Notes: a model not told the origin generated them from the sequence alone. 64,000 nt of DNA from a virus (IMGVR_UViG_3300020172_002590:1-64000); one strand, 5' to 3'; shown: positions 17,117 to 25,160, counted from the stretch's first letter. Made by a program: numbers and translations.

Positions 17117-17431
17117 TTAGGAAACTTTTTTCGCGTATGGGACATTCTTTATGTCCCAAGTAATGCGAACCTTTTTCCAACCTGCAATTTTTGCCTGATT
17201 ACGAATAATCGCGGAATTTGCAGCCTTAGCAGTTTTCTTATCTTCCGCCGTAACAAATTCGTCACCCAATGCCAAGTTTGCTACCTTGACAATTTGACCA
17301 ATTTTTGCCTTAGCAAAAAACTCAACCATCTCAGGAATAACGACAGCCTTACGCCCACGCTTTACTGATTCAATTTCTGATTCTTCAATGAACTCAAATG
17401 AGAATCCATTTTCTTCGTTTTTTGGAGCCAT
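17117..17431 (-). CDS. small basic putative DNA-binding protein, FEFIDE family (inverted cassette)
   Basis: FEFIEESEIESVKRGRK...IRNQAKIAG..VRITWD...VP. Confidence 0.85.
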   Translation of the reverse strand: MAPKNEENGFSFEFIEESEIESVKRGRKAVVIPEMVEFFAKAKIGQIVKVANLALGDEFVTAEDKKTAKAANSAIIRNQAKIAGWKKVRITWDIKNVPYAKKVS

Positions 17432-17617
17432 TTTTCTCTCTTTTCTTTTAGTTATTTGGCTATTTATTTGACACGTTCACCGAGTCATTTATCACGATAT
17501 CGGGGAGAATGGCGAACAACTACCGATAAATAAAAAAATATAAAAAAGATCCATTTCTCAACAAAATACGCGATCTAATCCAGGATGTAATATTACAGGG
17601 GTTGTAATATTACACGG

Positions 17618-17655
17618 ATGGGTGTAAGTGAGTCGGTACCCGAACTTACACCCAT
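17618..17655. repeat. hairpin element H11
   Basis: ATGGGTGTAAGT-GAGTCGGTACCCGA-ACTTACACCCAT. Confidence 0.8.
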
Positions 17656-17828
17656 TTGTAATATTACACGATACTATAAAAATATAGTGTGTAATTTAAG
17701 AATTGCTACCTTTATTTCCATCTAATCGCGTATCTAATCCTGGATCTAATTCTTTATCTTTATATACTTTATGGAACCCCCAAACCTTTACAAATTATGT
17801 GAACTTCTAAAAAAGCTATTTCCGCACG

Positions 17829-17857
17829 TTGGAAATCTAATTTCTACACGGTAGGAT
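17829..17857 (+). promoter_or_regulatory. promoter P11 with ATCTAATT spacer motif
   Basis: TTGGAA-N17-TAGGAT. Confidence 0.55.
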
Positions 17858-17919
17858 ATCTATATGGTGAGAAATATCTCAATAAACCAAATCCAATTCA
17901 TAACCGAAAGGAAAATCTA

Positions 17920-18408
17920 ATGTCTCCGATTGAAAACTTATTCAATGAACCAACAAAAGCTTTAGCAATTATTGCACATCTTTCAAAAAATCACGAAATT
18001 GTTGCTACAACAATTACTGAACTTCATATGCAATTAATTAATGCAACTTCTACTGCAAACCAATTAGATAACTTTTTGCAAAAGTTAAATGATATGCAAA
18101 TCCCAAAAAATATGTTTAACAATTTGGAGGCTGCTATTTCTGAACGTCAAAAAATGGAAAATCTTTTAGACAATAATGAAATTAGTCGTGCTGATTTAGA
18201 CCTATACATAATGGAAACCTTTTCTTTAACTGATGACCTTTGTTCAATTGGACAACAATTTGTAACACTTGTTGGAAAAAATGACCAATTTAATCTTCAA
18301 AACATTGTTGTTAACTTTGACACAATTTTTGTAAAACTATATAACCTTTTTCACGAAGTTGCTTTAACCACATTTGAACTTGTTAAAGAATACGGTTCTC
18401 TTAACTAA
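17920..18408 (+). CDS. hypothetical helical protein
   Basis: AAAGGA SD; followed by terminator. Confidence 0.75.
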   Translation: MSPIENLFNEPTKALAIIAHLSKNHEIVATTITELHMQLINATSTANQLDNFLQKLNDMQIPKNMFNNLEAAISERQKMENLLDNNEISRADLDLYIMETFSLTDDLCSIGQQFVTLVGKNDQFNLQNIVVNFDTIFVKLYNLFHEVALTTFELVKEYGSLN

Positions 18409-18425
18409 TAACTAATAAATAACTA

Positions 18426-18455
18426 AAAGGGTAGACGTTTGTCTACCCTTTTTTT
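18426..18455 (+). terminator. intrinsic terminator
   Basis: AAAAGGGTAGAC-GTTT-GTCTACCCTTTT plus T-run. Confidence 0.8.
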
Positions 18456-18856
18456 ATGCCCAAATGCCGGGCGTGTAATATTACACCATTTGTAATATTA
18501 CACGGTGATGGACAAATTGTAGTATGTAATATTACAGTGCTATCTTTATGAAAAACTAAAACTAAATTCTAATCTAAATCCAAATCCTAACATCCCGGCA
18601 CCTTTATGGCGGGGCAATAGGCTTACTAATACTACGTCTGATACCTGATCTATTCCTAGAGGGTATTGACTACCTATAGATAGGTATTACAGCATTGTAA
18701 TTTGCACATTTATAGCCTCAAAACACACACTAAAATTCTCACAAATAAAAACCGCCTGATTTATGAGCATTTTACTGCCTTTTTGATTGATTTTATAAAC
18801 AATTAGTTTGTTTTTTTATATAATTAGTAACATTTTCTCACCTTTATGGGGGGTAC

Positions 18857-18890
18857 TTATCCACAATATTATCCACAATTCGGGGGATAA
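18857..18890. promoter_or_regulatory. tandem DnaA boxes
   Basis: TTATCCACA at 18857 and 18869; degenerate inverted box GGGGGATAA at 18882. Confidence 0.6.
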
Positions 18891-19109
18891 GTCTTATTCT
18901 GTATAGAGATAGATAGAGTATACAATGTCTGATCGCGCACCAGTTTATCTAATATATTTCTACCTTTATTTAGTACGCTAAACAAGCCCATTATACAATT
19001 CTGGATATAAATCGGAAGTAATTCCTTAGCACATCTCCGTATGCCTTAAAGGAATCTATTTACCTACCTAATCTATATCTAATCTATACTTCTTCTATCT
19101 AGGTATCTA

Positions 19110-19250
19110 TTAAATATCTAGACCGGTTTTTTCAGAATCCATTATTTCTTCCAATCCCCTAGCCATAGAGTTATGGAGAATCTTCCTCAGTTTCCGAACC
19201 ATTCTCCATGTGTAATACCAGAGTCTTATCCTTCTATAAAGACTTATCAT
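19110..19250 (-). CDS. small hypothetical protein
   Basis: 46-aa ORF with AGGAGG SD. Confidence 0.5.
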   Translation of the reverse strand: MISLYRRIRLWYYTWRMVRKLRKILHNSMARGLEEIMDSEKTGLDI

Positions 19251-19259
19251 AACCCCTCC

Positions 19260-19436
19260 TTACCCTAGAATCATAAAGATAAGATCGAATATTACCCAAC
19301 ATATAGAAGCTGCCATAAGGCAAGGAATAAGGAAGGCTGTTACATTATCCCTATCCCTACCATCTCTTACCAGCTCTTTCTCTATCTTCCAAACAATATA
19401 AAGGATTAGCACCCCCATAATATTAAGAAAAATCAT
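19260..19436 (-). CDS. small two-TM membrane protein
   Basis: 58-aa ORF, AAAGGA SD, two hydrophobic segments. Confidence 0.55.
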   Translation of the reverse strand: MIFLNIMGVLILYIVWKIEKELVRDGRDRDNVTAFLIPCLMAASICWVIFDLIFMILG

Positions 19437-19491
19437 TTGTCTATCCTTTCCCGATAGTTTGTATAGTATCTTTTGGCCACTTTTGCTGCCC

Positions 19492-19740
19492 TTACCCTAA
19501 GTTAATAATCCGCTCAAATTCAAAGTCATCTCGAATGTCTTCAAGAATGTCATACATAAGGTTATAATCCCCCATTGGTAAAGCTATTCCCTGACCTTCA
19601 AGTTCCTGAAAAACGCAATGAATATAGTTGAGCTTTTCCACATATGAATCCACAGTCTTTCCACAACTATGTGTGGATATCTCTTCTAATGAAATCCAAG
19701 ATCCACATTCTTTACATTTAGTCATTCCCATTGCCATCAT
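19492..19740 (-). CDS. hypothetical protein with CxxC...HxC zinc-finger-like N-terminus
   Basis: CKECG...HSC; AAGGAG SD. Confidence 0.65.
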   Translation of the reverse strand: MMAMGMTKCKECGSWISLEEISTHSCGKTVDSYVEKLNYIHCVFQELEGQGIALPMGDYNLMYDILEDIRDDFEFERIINLG

Positions 19741-19903
19741 TTTCTCCTTGTAAATAAGAAGCCAAAGCCCCCTCCTAATCTCCTCTCATTCGCAAGCCAT
19801 TTGCCGTGTCTGCTTTTTAAAGATTAGAAAGGGGCAATGACCGACCTTTTTAATTTCTTTACAATTATATCCCTGTGTATTATATACCTAAGGATATTTA
19901 CAT

Positions 19904-20086
19904 TTAAGTGTTAGGGTTATTTGTTGCCTGATTATAATCTTCAAGCGCTTCCATTAGTCCACAATCTGAACAAATTTCTGTCTTATTATCAACCCTAGAC
20001 AAAGCCCCAGGATATTGTCCAGCATATTCGTTATTTGGAATATAACTTACTTTGCAACGTGGACATTTCTTCAATTCGTCATTCAC
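19904..20086 (-). CDS. small zinc-finger protein
   Basis: CPRC...PGALSRVDNKTEICSDCGLMEA. Confidence 0.75.
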   Translation of the reverse strand: MNDELKKCPRCKVSYIPNNEYAGQYPGALSRVDNKTEICSDCGLMEALEDYNQATNNPNT

Positions 20087-20355
20087 GCAGTTTTGCCTTC
20101 CTTGATCATTTCATCAGTCAATGGGGAAACAATAATTGCCTCATTTTCCTTAGTCATACCGAAAAGACAACCAGCATCATTTCCTTCAGGATCAGATGAA
20201 GCATAAATTTTACCCCCATCTTCAAGTTCTAAGACAACAGGAAAACCACCATAATTTTCTTCCCAACCTTCAGCTTCAAGCTCAAGTTTTGTCATCATTC
20301 TTACATTTACTATTTTCAACCCTATTGGGTATGCTACTTTTTGTTCAATAGTCAT
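20083..20355 (-). CDS. hypothetical protein
   Basis: EAEGW, DPEGNDAG motifs; overlapping operon. Confidence 0.75.
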   Translation of the reverse strand: MTIEQKVAYPIGLKIVNVRMMTKLELEAEGWEENYGGFPVVLELEDGGKIYASSDPEGNDAGCLFGMTKENEAIIVSPLTDEMIKEGKTA

Positions 20356-20365
20356 TTTATCTTTC

Positions 20366-20872
20366 CTATTCTATTTCTGAAACAAAATCGTTGTACGCAT
20401 CAAAAGAACCATCTAAATTATTAAGATAAGTTTTCCAGTCTTTTACTTGTTTACCATCATGAATACCTTGTAAAACTCTCAACATTCTATATGATTTTTC
20501 TGTTATTTTCCAAACAGGATTTGATTTTTGGACAGCATCCATAATGCCATTTTCAAGTTCAATAACTGTCCCCTCCAAATTCTGATCATAAAATTGATCT
20601 AAAATCAGACAACCAACCGCACAAGATGCATCAGGCTTAATCTCAGCCAAAAGGCCATAAAAAAGGTCATATGCTTGATCATCATAATCAGAATCGTAAT
20701 CATTAAAACCAGAGTTTTCTTTGATCATATCCATAGTCTCTTCTTTATAACCTCGGTATTGACAATCCTCTCCTAAATTCATAGCCTTTTGTCCTTGATT
20801 TAGAAGATGGCTTTTAATAAAGAGAAATGCCTCATAATCATTTGTTATAACTGACATTTTAATCCTCATCAT
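20366..20872 (-). CDS. hypothetical protein
   Basis: CQYRG, CAVGCLI, LQGIHD motifs. Confidence 0.75.
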   Translation of the reverse strand: MMRIKMSVITNDYEAFLFIKSHLLNQGQKAMNLGEDCQYRGYKEETMDMIKENSGFNDYDSDYDDQAYDLFYGLLAEIKPDASCAVGCLILDQFYDQNLEGTVIELENGIMDAVQKSNPVWKITEKSYRMLRVLQGIHDGKQVKDWKTYLNNLDGSFDAYNDFVSEIE

Positions 20873-21056
20873 CCATATCTACTTCAACTTCTTCACCTTC
20901 TATGACAGAAAAGAAGCTATCCAAAAATGTTTTTAATGAATTAGCACTTGTTCCTTTCAAATCAGCCTCCAATTGGGCAAGAATAAATTCACTAATATCC
21001 TTGTCCTTAGGGATTTGGGCAATATAATTACCTACTACGAAGTATTGCTTGATCAT
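20859..21056 (-). CDS. hypothetical protein
   Basis: packed ORF. Confidence 0.6.
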   Translation of the reverse strand: MIKQYFVVGNYIAQIPKDKDISEFILAQLEADLKGTSANSLKTFLDSFFSVIEGEEVEVDMDDED

Positions 21057-21071
21057 TTTTATCTTTCTTTT

Positions 21072-21281
21072 TTATTGTGGTTTAGGGATACAGACACGCG
21101 AACAATATGCGGAACTATTTTCTTCATAAATAATTCCCTTAATTAGTTCTCTTTTACAAGTTGGGCAAACAAAAGGAGCAGCGTTTTTCAAGCCGAAAAA
21201 CTTAACAGTTTTTCCTGGCAATGCTTTGCTCATATCTTTACTTTGTCCAGCAATTGGTTTTGCTGGCTTTTTACCTGCCAT
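21072..21281 (-). CDS. small basic zinc-finger protein
   Basis: CPTC...YCSRVC. Confidence 0.7.
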   Translation of the reverse strand: MAGKKPAKPIAGQSKDMSKALPGKTVKFFGLKNAAPFVCPTCKRELIKGIIYEENSSAYCSRVCIPKPQ

Positions 21282-21282
21282 A

Positions 21283-21774
21283 TTATTCTCCTATTTTTTC
21301 TGTTAATGTGAATGAAGTCTCGAACTCAATCTTTGATTCTCTGAGAAACGCTCTAATTTCTTTTTCAGTAACTAAATTGTCTCTATAGCCCTTAGCGTGT
21401 TCCTGAGAATAATTCTTAGCAATTCTCTTAGCCCAAACGCTCTCTGATTCAGTAGAGACATTTGTAACCAATCCAAAATGCTTTATGACAATCTTAGGAG
21501 TGAGATATTCTTTAGTTGATTTCTCACCATCCCAAACGCTGTACAGATAAAAATTGTCATACTTTTCAAAAAACTTCCAGCGAGCATAAAAGTCAGGTGC
21601 ATTCTTATAATTAATGCATCCAATACCTAAAGCCATAGAACCAAAGATCAATGCTTTTGTTTCAGCATTTACATCTTCATATTCTTCTACTGTGCCTTCT
21701 CTATACTTAACCCAAAGCGCATCTGGATTATCAGTAAAATACTTTACATTTTCTGTTGACCAATTAAGGCTCAT
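21283..21774 (-). CDS. hypothetical protein
   Basis: MSLNWS, HFGLVTNVS. Confidence 0.7.
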   Translation of the reverse strand: MSLNWSTENVKYFTDNPDALWVKYREGTVEEYEDVNAETKALIFGSMALGIGCINYKNAPDFYARWKFFEKYDNFYLYSVWDGEKSTKEYLTPKIVIKHFGLVTNVSTESESVWAKRIAKNYSQEHAKGYRDNLVTEKEIRAFLRESKIEFETSFTLTEKIGE

Positions 21775-21926
21775 TTTATTTCCTTACTCTATTTCTTCCG
21801 ATTCTGTAGAGAAATCTCTATTTCTGATTTCTCCATTGATTAACATATCCCTTGCTGTTTCCTCAGCAAGAGCATTATTAGCAGCTTCAACATCTACTGA
21901 TGTCCAAATTGATACTCTGTATTTCT

Positions 21927-22262
21927 TCATACAGAAACTTTACTCAAATCCATAAGCAATGATTGTGGATAATCTGTGTCATTTCCTTCATCATCAATGT
22001 TACCGAAAAAGATAACACTTCCAGCAATATAATCTCCAAGCAAAACTACTTGCCCTGAGTTATACCACAATTCAGTAGCAAACTTATTTTCATCTAATCC
22101 AACAAGTTTACCTTCTTCATTGCAATAACAAAAGTATGGTTTATCACCAAAGCTAACTGCTTCAATATATCCATCTACAATTGCACACAATTTTTGATAA
22201 TTGCCTTCATAATTGAATTCTTCAATTTCACCATCTGTATGTAGCACTAATGCTTTAGGCAT
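21927..22262 (-). CDS. DUF3846-like protein
   Basis: VDGYIEAV, YCNEEGKLVGL..NKFAT, DYIAGSVIF. Confidence 0.75.
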   Translation of the reverse strand: MPKALVLHTDGEIEEFNYEGNYQKLCAIVDGYIEAVSFGDKPYFCYCNEEGKLVGLDENKFATELWYNSGQVVLLGDYIAGSVIFFGNIDDEGNDTDYPQSLLMDLSKVSV

Positions 22263-22677
22263 AATACTCTCCTTCATTCATATAATTTTTTACTTTTTCA
22301 AGAATCTCATCAAGAGTTCCTGAAACCATATCTAAATGTTCAAAACTATCCACACCATTCTCTGGCTGGTAATCATCAGTAATGTCATAAGCATCAAACC
22401 AAGGATTATCAATCCATTCTAATTTGTCTTCATACTTTTTAAGATCTTCATCTGTTTTAATTCCAACATCAATCAAATCCCAAAAATCCGTAAGCTTATG
22501 CTCTTCTCCATCGCTATCAATAAATCGAGCATCCATCTCACCGTCACAGCTAATCAATACCTTTTTGTTTTCGCCTTTTACAACGCAAACAGGAGTATGA
22601 TTATATCCGTCACAATAAAACACATCTGATCTTTGCTCTTTTTCTTCGTGGACAAGCCATTCAATATCTATAGTCAT
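22255..22677 (-). CDS. acidic hypothetical protein
   Basis: packed ORF. Confidence 0.7.
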   Translation of the reverse strand: MTIDIEWLVHEEKEQRSDVFYCDGYNHTPVCVVKGENKKVLISCDGEMDARFIDSDGEEHKLTDFWDLIDVGIKTDEDLKKYEDKLEWIDNPWFDAYDITDDYQPENGVDSFEHLDMVSGTLDEILEKVKNYMNEGEYYA

Positions 22678-23084
22678 TAATATAATCCTAACTCTTCTCT
22701 TTCTTCTTCTGTAACAATTGTCAATGTTGTACTGCTACCCATTGGGGCATCGTGATGTGAAAGTGAATAATTAATGTGATCATTAAATACTTCCCCAGAC
22801 ATAACCCATTCACTATTCACAGTCATACCGTGAATTAATTCTTTTACATTATCTGCAAAGAAATAACCACTGCTTTCTCCATCCCATAAACGAATGTTAG
22901 AAACTTTCCACCAATTTGTTTCATTTTCATAAAACAAATCTTTAGTTATTTCTTTAAAGTCATCAAGAACATATTCCCAACAATCACCCCAACAATCAGA
23001 TGATGGAATTGATTCACCTGTTTCTTCATCATAATATTCACAAGTACAAGTATTTGTGTACTCAAACTTAATTCCTGTTTTCAT
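22677..23084 (-). CDS. hypothetical protein
   Basis: SHHDAPMGS motif, coupled ORF. Confidence 0.7.
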   Translation of the reverse strand: MKTGIKFEYTNTCTCEYYDEETGESIPSSDCWGDCWEYVLDDFKEITKDLFYENETNWWKVSNIRLWDGESSGYFFADNVKELIHGMTVNSEWVMSGEVFNDHINYSLSHHDAPMGSSTTLTIVTEEEREELGLY

Positions 23085-23275
23085 TGTTTCTCCATTTTAA
23101 TTTTACAAGGCTGACACATCATTGGGTGAACAATATGTCCATTTTGATATCCAATATAACCAAGATCTTGATTCATAGGCAATTCGCAAAAATAGCATAT
23201 AAAAAAGTCTGGCTGCATTTCTTCATAAATAACTTCTTCTGTTTTCATTTCATTTCTCCACTGGTTCGTTAACAT
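23081..23275 (-). CDS. small CxxC...CxxC protein
   Basis: CYFC...CQPC. Confidence 0.6.
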   Translation of the reverse strand: MLTNQWRNEMKTEEVIYEEMQPDFFICYFCELPMNQDLGYIGYQNGHIVHPMMCQPCKIKMEKQ

Positions 23276-23456
23276 ATATTTCTACCCATTCACCATCTAA
23301 TGGGAGATTCCAATTTTTATCTTCAAAGACAGTTGCATCTTTTTTAAAGACCCAACCATCTTCATTATTCCAATACTCAGACTCAAACTCTGTCCAATGA
23401 TTTGGCAAAGAGATTTTCGGAGTTCCAACTCTATGGATTGTATATTTAACTAACAT
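23250..23456 (-). CDS. hypothetical Trp-rich protein
   Basis: YWNNEDGWV. Confidence 0.65.
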   Translation of the reverse strand: MLVKYTIHRVGTPKISLPNHWTEFESEYWNNEDGWVFKKDATVFEDKNWNLPLDGEWVEIYVNEPVEK

Positions 23457-23721
23457 TATTATTCCTTATAATTGGTGATATTTGGTTTAAATAATCTAAG
23501 CCAGTATTCATCAGTGAATCAATGTGATTTACTAATTCATCCCAACCAGTCTCCTTATTGAAAGTACTTTCCCAATCCTGTTCTTCAGAATTCCAAATTG
23601 TTTTACTATCAAATTTTACTGACTCAACATCATATTCATGAACCCATTTATTTGTTTCTGGATTATATGAAATGACATAATGATATTCTTTCATTTCAGT
23701 ATTCATTCCCATCTTCATCAC
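23446..23721 (-). CDS. hypothetical protein
   Basis: packed ORF. Confidence 0.6.
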   Translation of the reverse strand: MMKMGMNTEMKEYHYVISYNPETNKWVHEYDVESVKFDSKTIWNSEEQDWESTFNKETGWDELVNHIDSLMNTGLDYLNQISPIIRNNNVS

Positions 23722-24031
23722 TGAAAATAAAATTTCTTATATTCGCTTCATGACCCCAACCACAACTAAAGTCATCTTTTGCATAAACTTCAATCATAAT
23801 TATTACATCTTCAAGAGTAATTTCTATTTCTCCTTCTGCTGCGCGATTATCAGATAATAAATTCTGATAAACAGTTTCTACATCATATGAAACAATATGC
23901 GTTACATTAATTGTTGAAGGCCAATCTTTTCTGTCAGTATCCATATTATTCATCATCCTTTTCTTTGTATGCATCATAATGATCAAATTCTTGAATAATG
24001 TCATCTGGTTCTTGACCAAATTCAATATCAT
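23696..24031 (-). CDS. hypothetical protein (start probably MDTDRK)
   Basis: packed ORF. Confidence 0.6.
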   Translation of the reverse strand: MILNLVKNQMTLFKNLIIMMHTKKRMMNNMDTDRKDWPSTINVTHIVSYDVETVYQNLLSDNRAAEGEIEITLEDVIIMIEVYAKDDFSCGWGHEANIRNFIFSDEDGNEY

Positions 24032-24134
24032 CTACCATCTCAATTGCAGCTCTTTCACTTACTGCATTCACGTAGTAAACTTCAGAGTAATGATAATGTT
24101 TAAATACAGCATATTCGCTCATCGATATCCCCAA
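23946..24134 (-). CDS. hypothetical protein
   Basis: packed ORF. Confidence 0.6.
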   Translation of the reverse strand: MGISMSEYAVFKHYHYSEVYYVNAVSERAAIEMVDDIEFGQEPDDIIQEFDHYDAYKEKDDE

Positions 24135-24256
24135 TCTATTTTGTATCCTGTTTCTATTACTTGTACAATTTGATCAATACATTCACCATCACTAAGGTCT
24201 TCACCCGGCGTTTGTAAAATCTCAATAATTCTTTCAATAATAACCCTATCTTCCAT

Positions 24257-24499
24257 CTACTTATCTTTCTTTGTCAAAGCCAATGTTGCAAAGGTTGTTG
24301 AAAGTTGAGCGTGAATCTGAGCTTCAACAAAAGTAAAAGGCGTAGTGCTATAAAAAACACCTTTCTCTGGCTTTGTTACAAGCATTAACTGACTCGCACA
24401 TTCAGCGTGAAAAATTGACAATGCTTCATAATTTTCTGTTTCTAAATAATGATCTTGTATTGCAATGTCATCTTCTGACCAACTCATATTTGTTCTCAT
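24257..24499 (-). CDS. hypothetical protein
   Basis: packed ORF. Confidence 0.6.
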   Translation of the reverse strand: MRTNMSWSEDDIAIQDHYLETENYEALSIFHAECASQLMLVTKPEKGVFYSTTPFTFVEAQIHAQLSTTFATLALTKKDK

Positions 24500-24702
24500 T
24501 CGTATTCCTCATCTCTAATTGAAGAATGATAGCCTTCTCTTGCTATCATTGTTGTTATATGTACTTCGCTATTACCTAAGATATTGTTTTTGTCGTTGCC
24601 AAGCAATGCTTCGTAAACAACACTTATTGCCTCATTGTAATCTTCTGCTTCAACAAAATTTGTTGTAAAAGCTGTTACTGTATATATTTTCTTTTCTGAC
24701 AC
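24496..24702 (-). CDS. hypothetical protein
   Basis: AGGAGG SD, GTG start. Confidence 0.6.
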   Translation of the reverse strand: MSEKKIYTVTAFTTNFVEAEDYNEAISVVYEALLGNDKNNILGNSEVHITTMIAREGYHSSIRDEEYE

Positions 24703-24710
24703 TTTGCCTC

Positions 24711-25136
24711 CTAGAATTGTCTTGTGTCAAAGTTGTCTTTTGTATGAAATGTTAATGTAAAACATCCATTATCTTCATCTGGTAGTTGAACTTCATCAAT
24801 ATTTAACCACCAATCTTTGTCCTTATCGCTGACAACAATTTGAATATCATCATCAACATTTTTCAAAATTTCTTTCAATTGTTTTACTGTAATTGTTGGT
24901 TGAAAATTGGTTGTTTGTAAAAGGAACTTTTCTGATAGGTTATTCATCCAATTAGCGTACTCATAAATCCATTCGTCAAAAGAACCAGTGAAAGGATAAT
25001 CAACAGATGTTTCACCATTATCCTCAGCTGATAGTTGCTCCCAAGCCATAGTTAGTTTCATAAGCGGAGTCCAAAGACTTCCCGCAGCATCTATGAATTC
25101 TTTTCTTGCTATGTAATTATTATATGTTTCTTTCAT
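24711..25136 (-). CDS. hypothetical protein
   Basis: AAGGAG SD; ITVKQLKEIL motif. Confidence 0.7.
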   Translation of the reverse strand: MKETYNNYIARKEFIDAAGSLWTPLMKLTMAWEQLSAEDNGETSVDYPFTGSFDEWIYEYANWMNNLSEKFLLQTTNFQPTITVKQLKEILKNVDDDIQIVVSDKDKDWWLNIDEVQLPDEDNGCFTLTFHTKDNFDTRQF

Positions 25137-25160
25137 GTTTGTCTCCTTTGTTTGAGAATA

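Larger units (their letters stand above)
14800..18536. repeat. dispersed 12-bp palindrome TGTAATATTACA (10 perfect copies plus variants)
   Basis: perfect at 14800, 15390, 16066, 17020, 17586, 17603, 17657, 18474, 18491, 18525; variants at 15324, 15361, 16922. Confidence 0.9.

Noticed and set aside
12265-17655. Hairpin repeats as a CRISPR array
   Set aside because: Intervals range from ~65 bp to ~860 bp and mostly hold whole genes; repeats vary internally; no cas operon (the Cas4-like gene is a solo phage nuclease)
12265-17655. Classical integron with attC sites
   Set aside because: No RYYYAAC/GTTRRRY cores, elements shorter than attC, no IntI in the window, and cassettes carry their own promoters; kept only as an analogy
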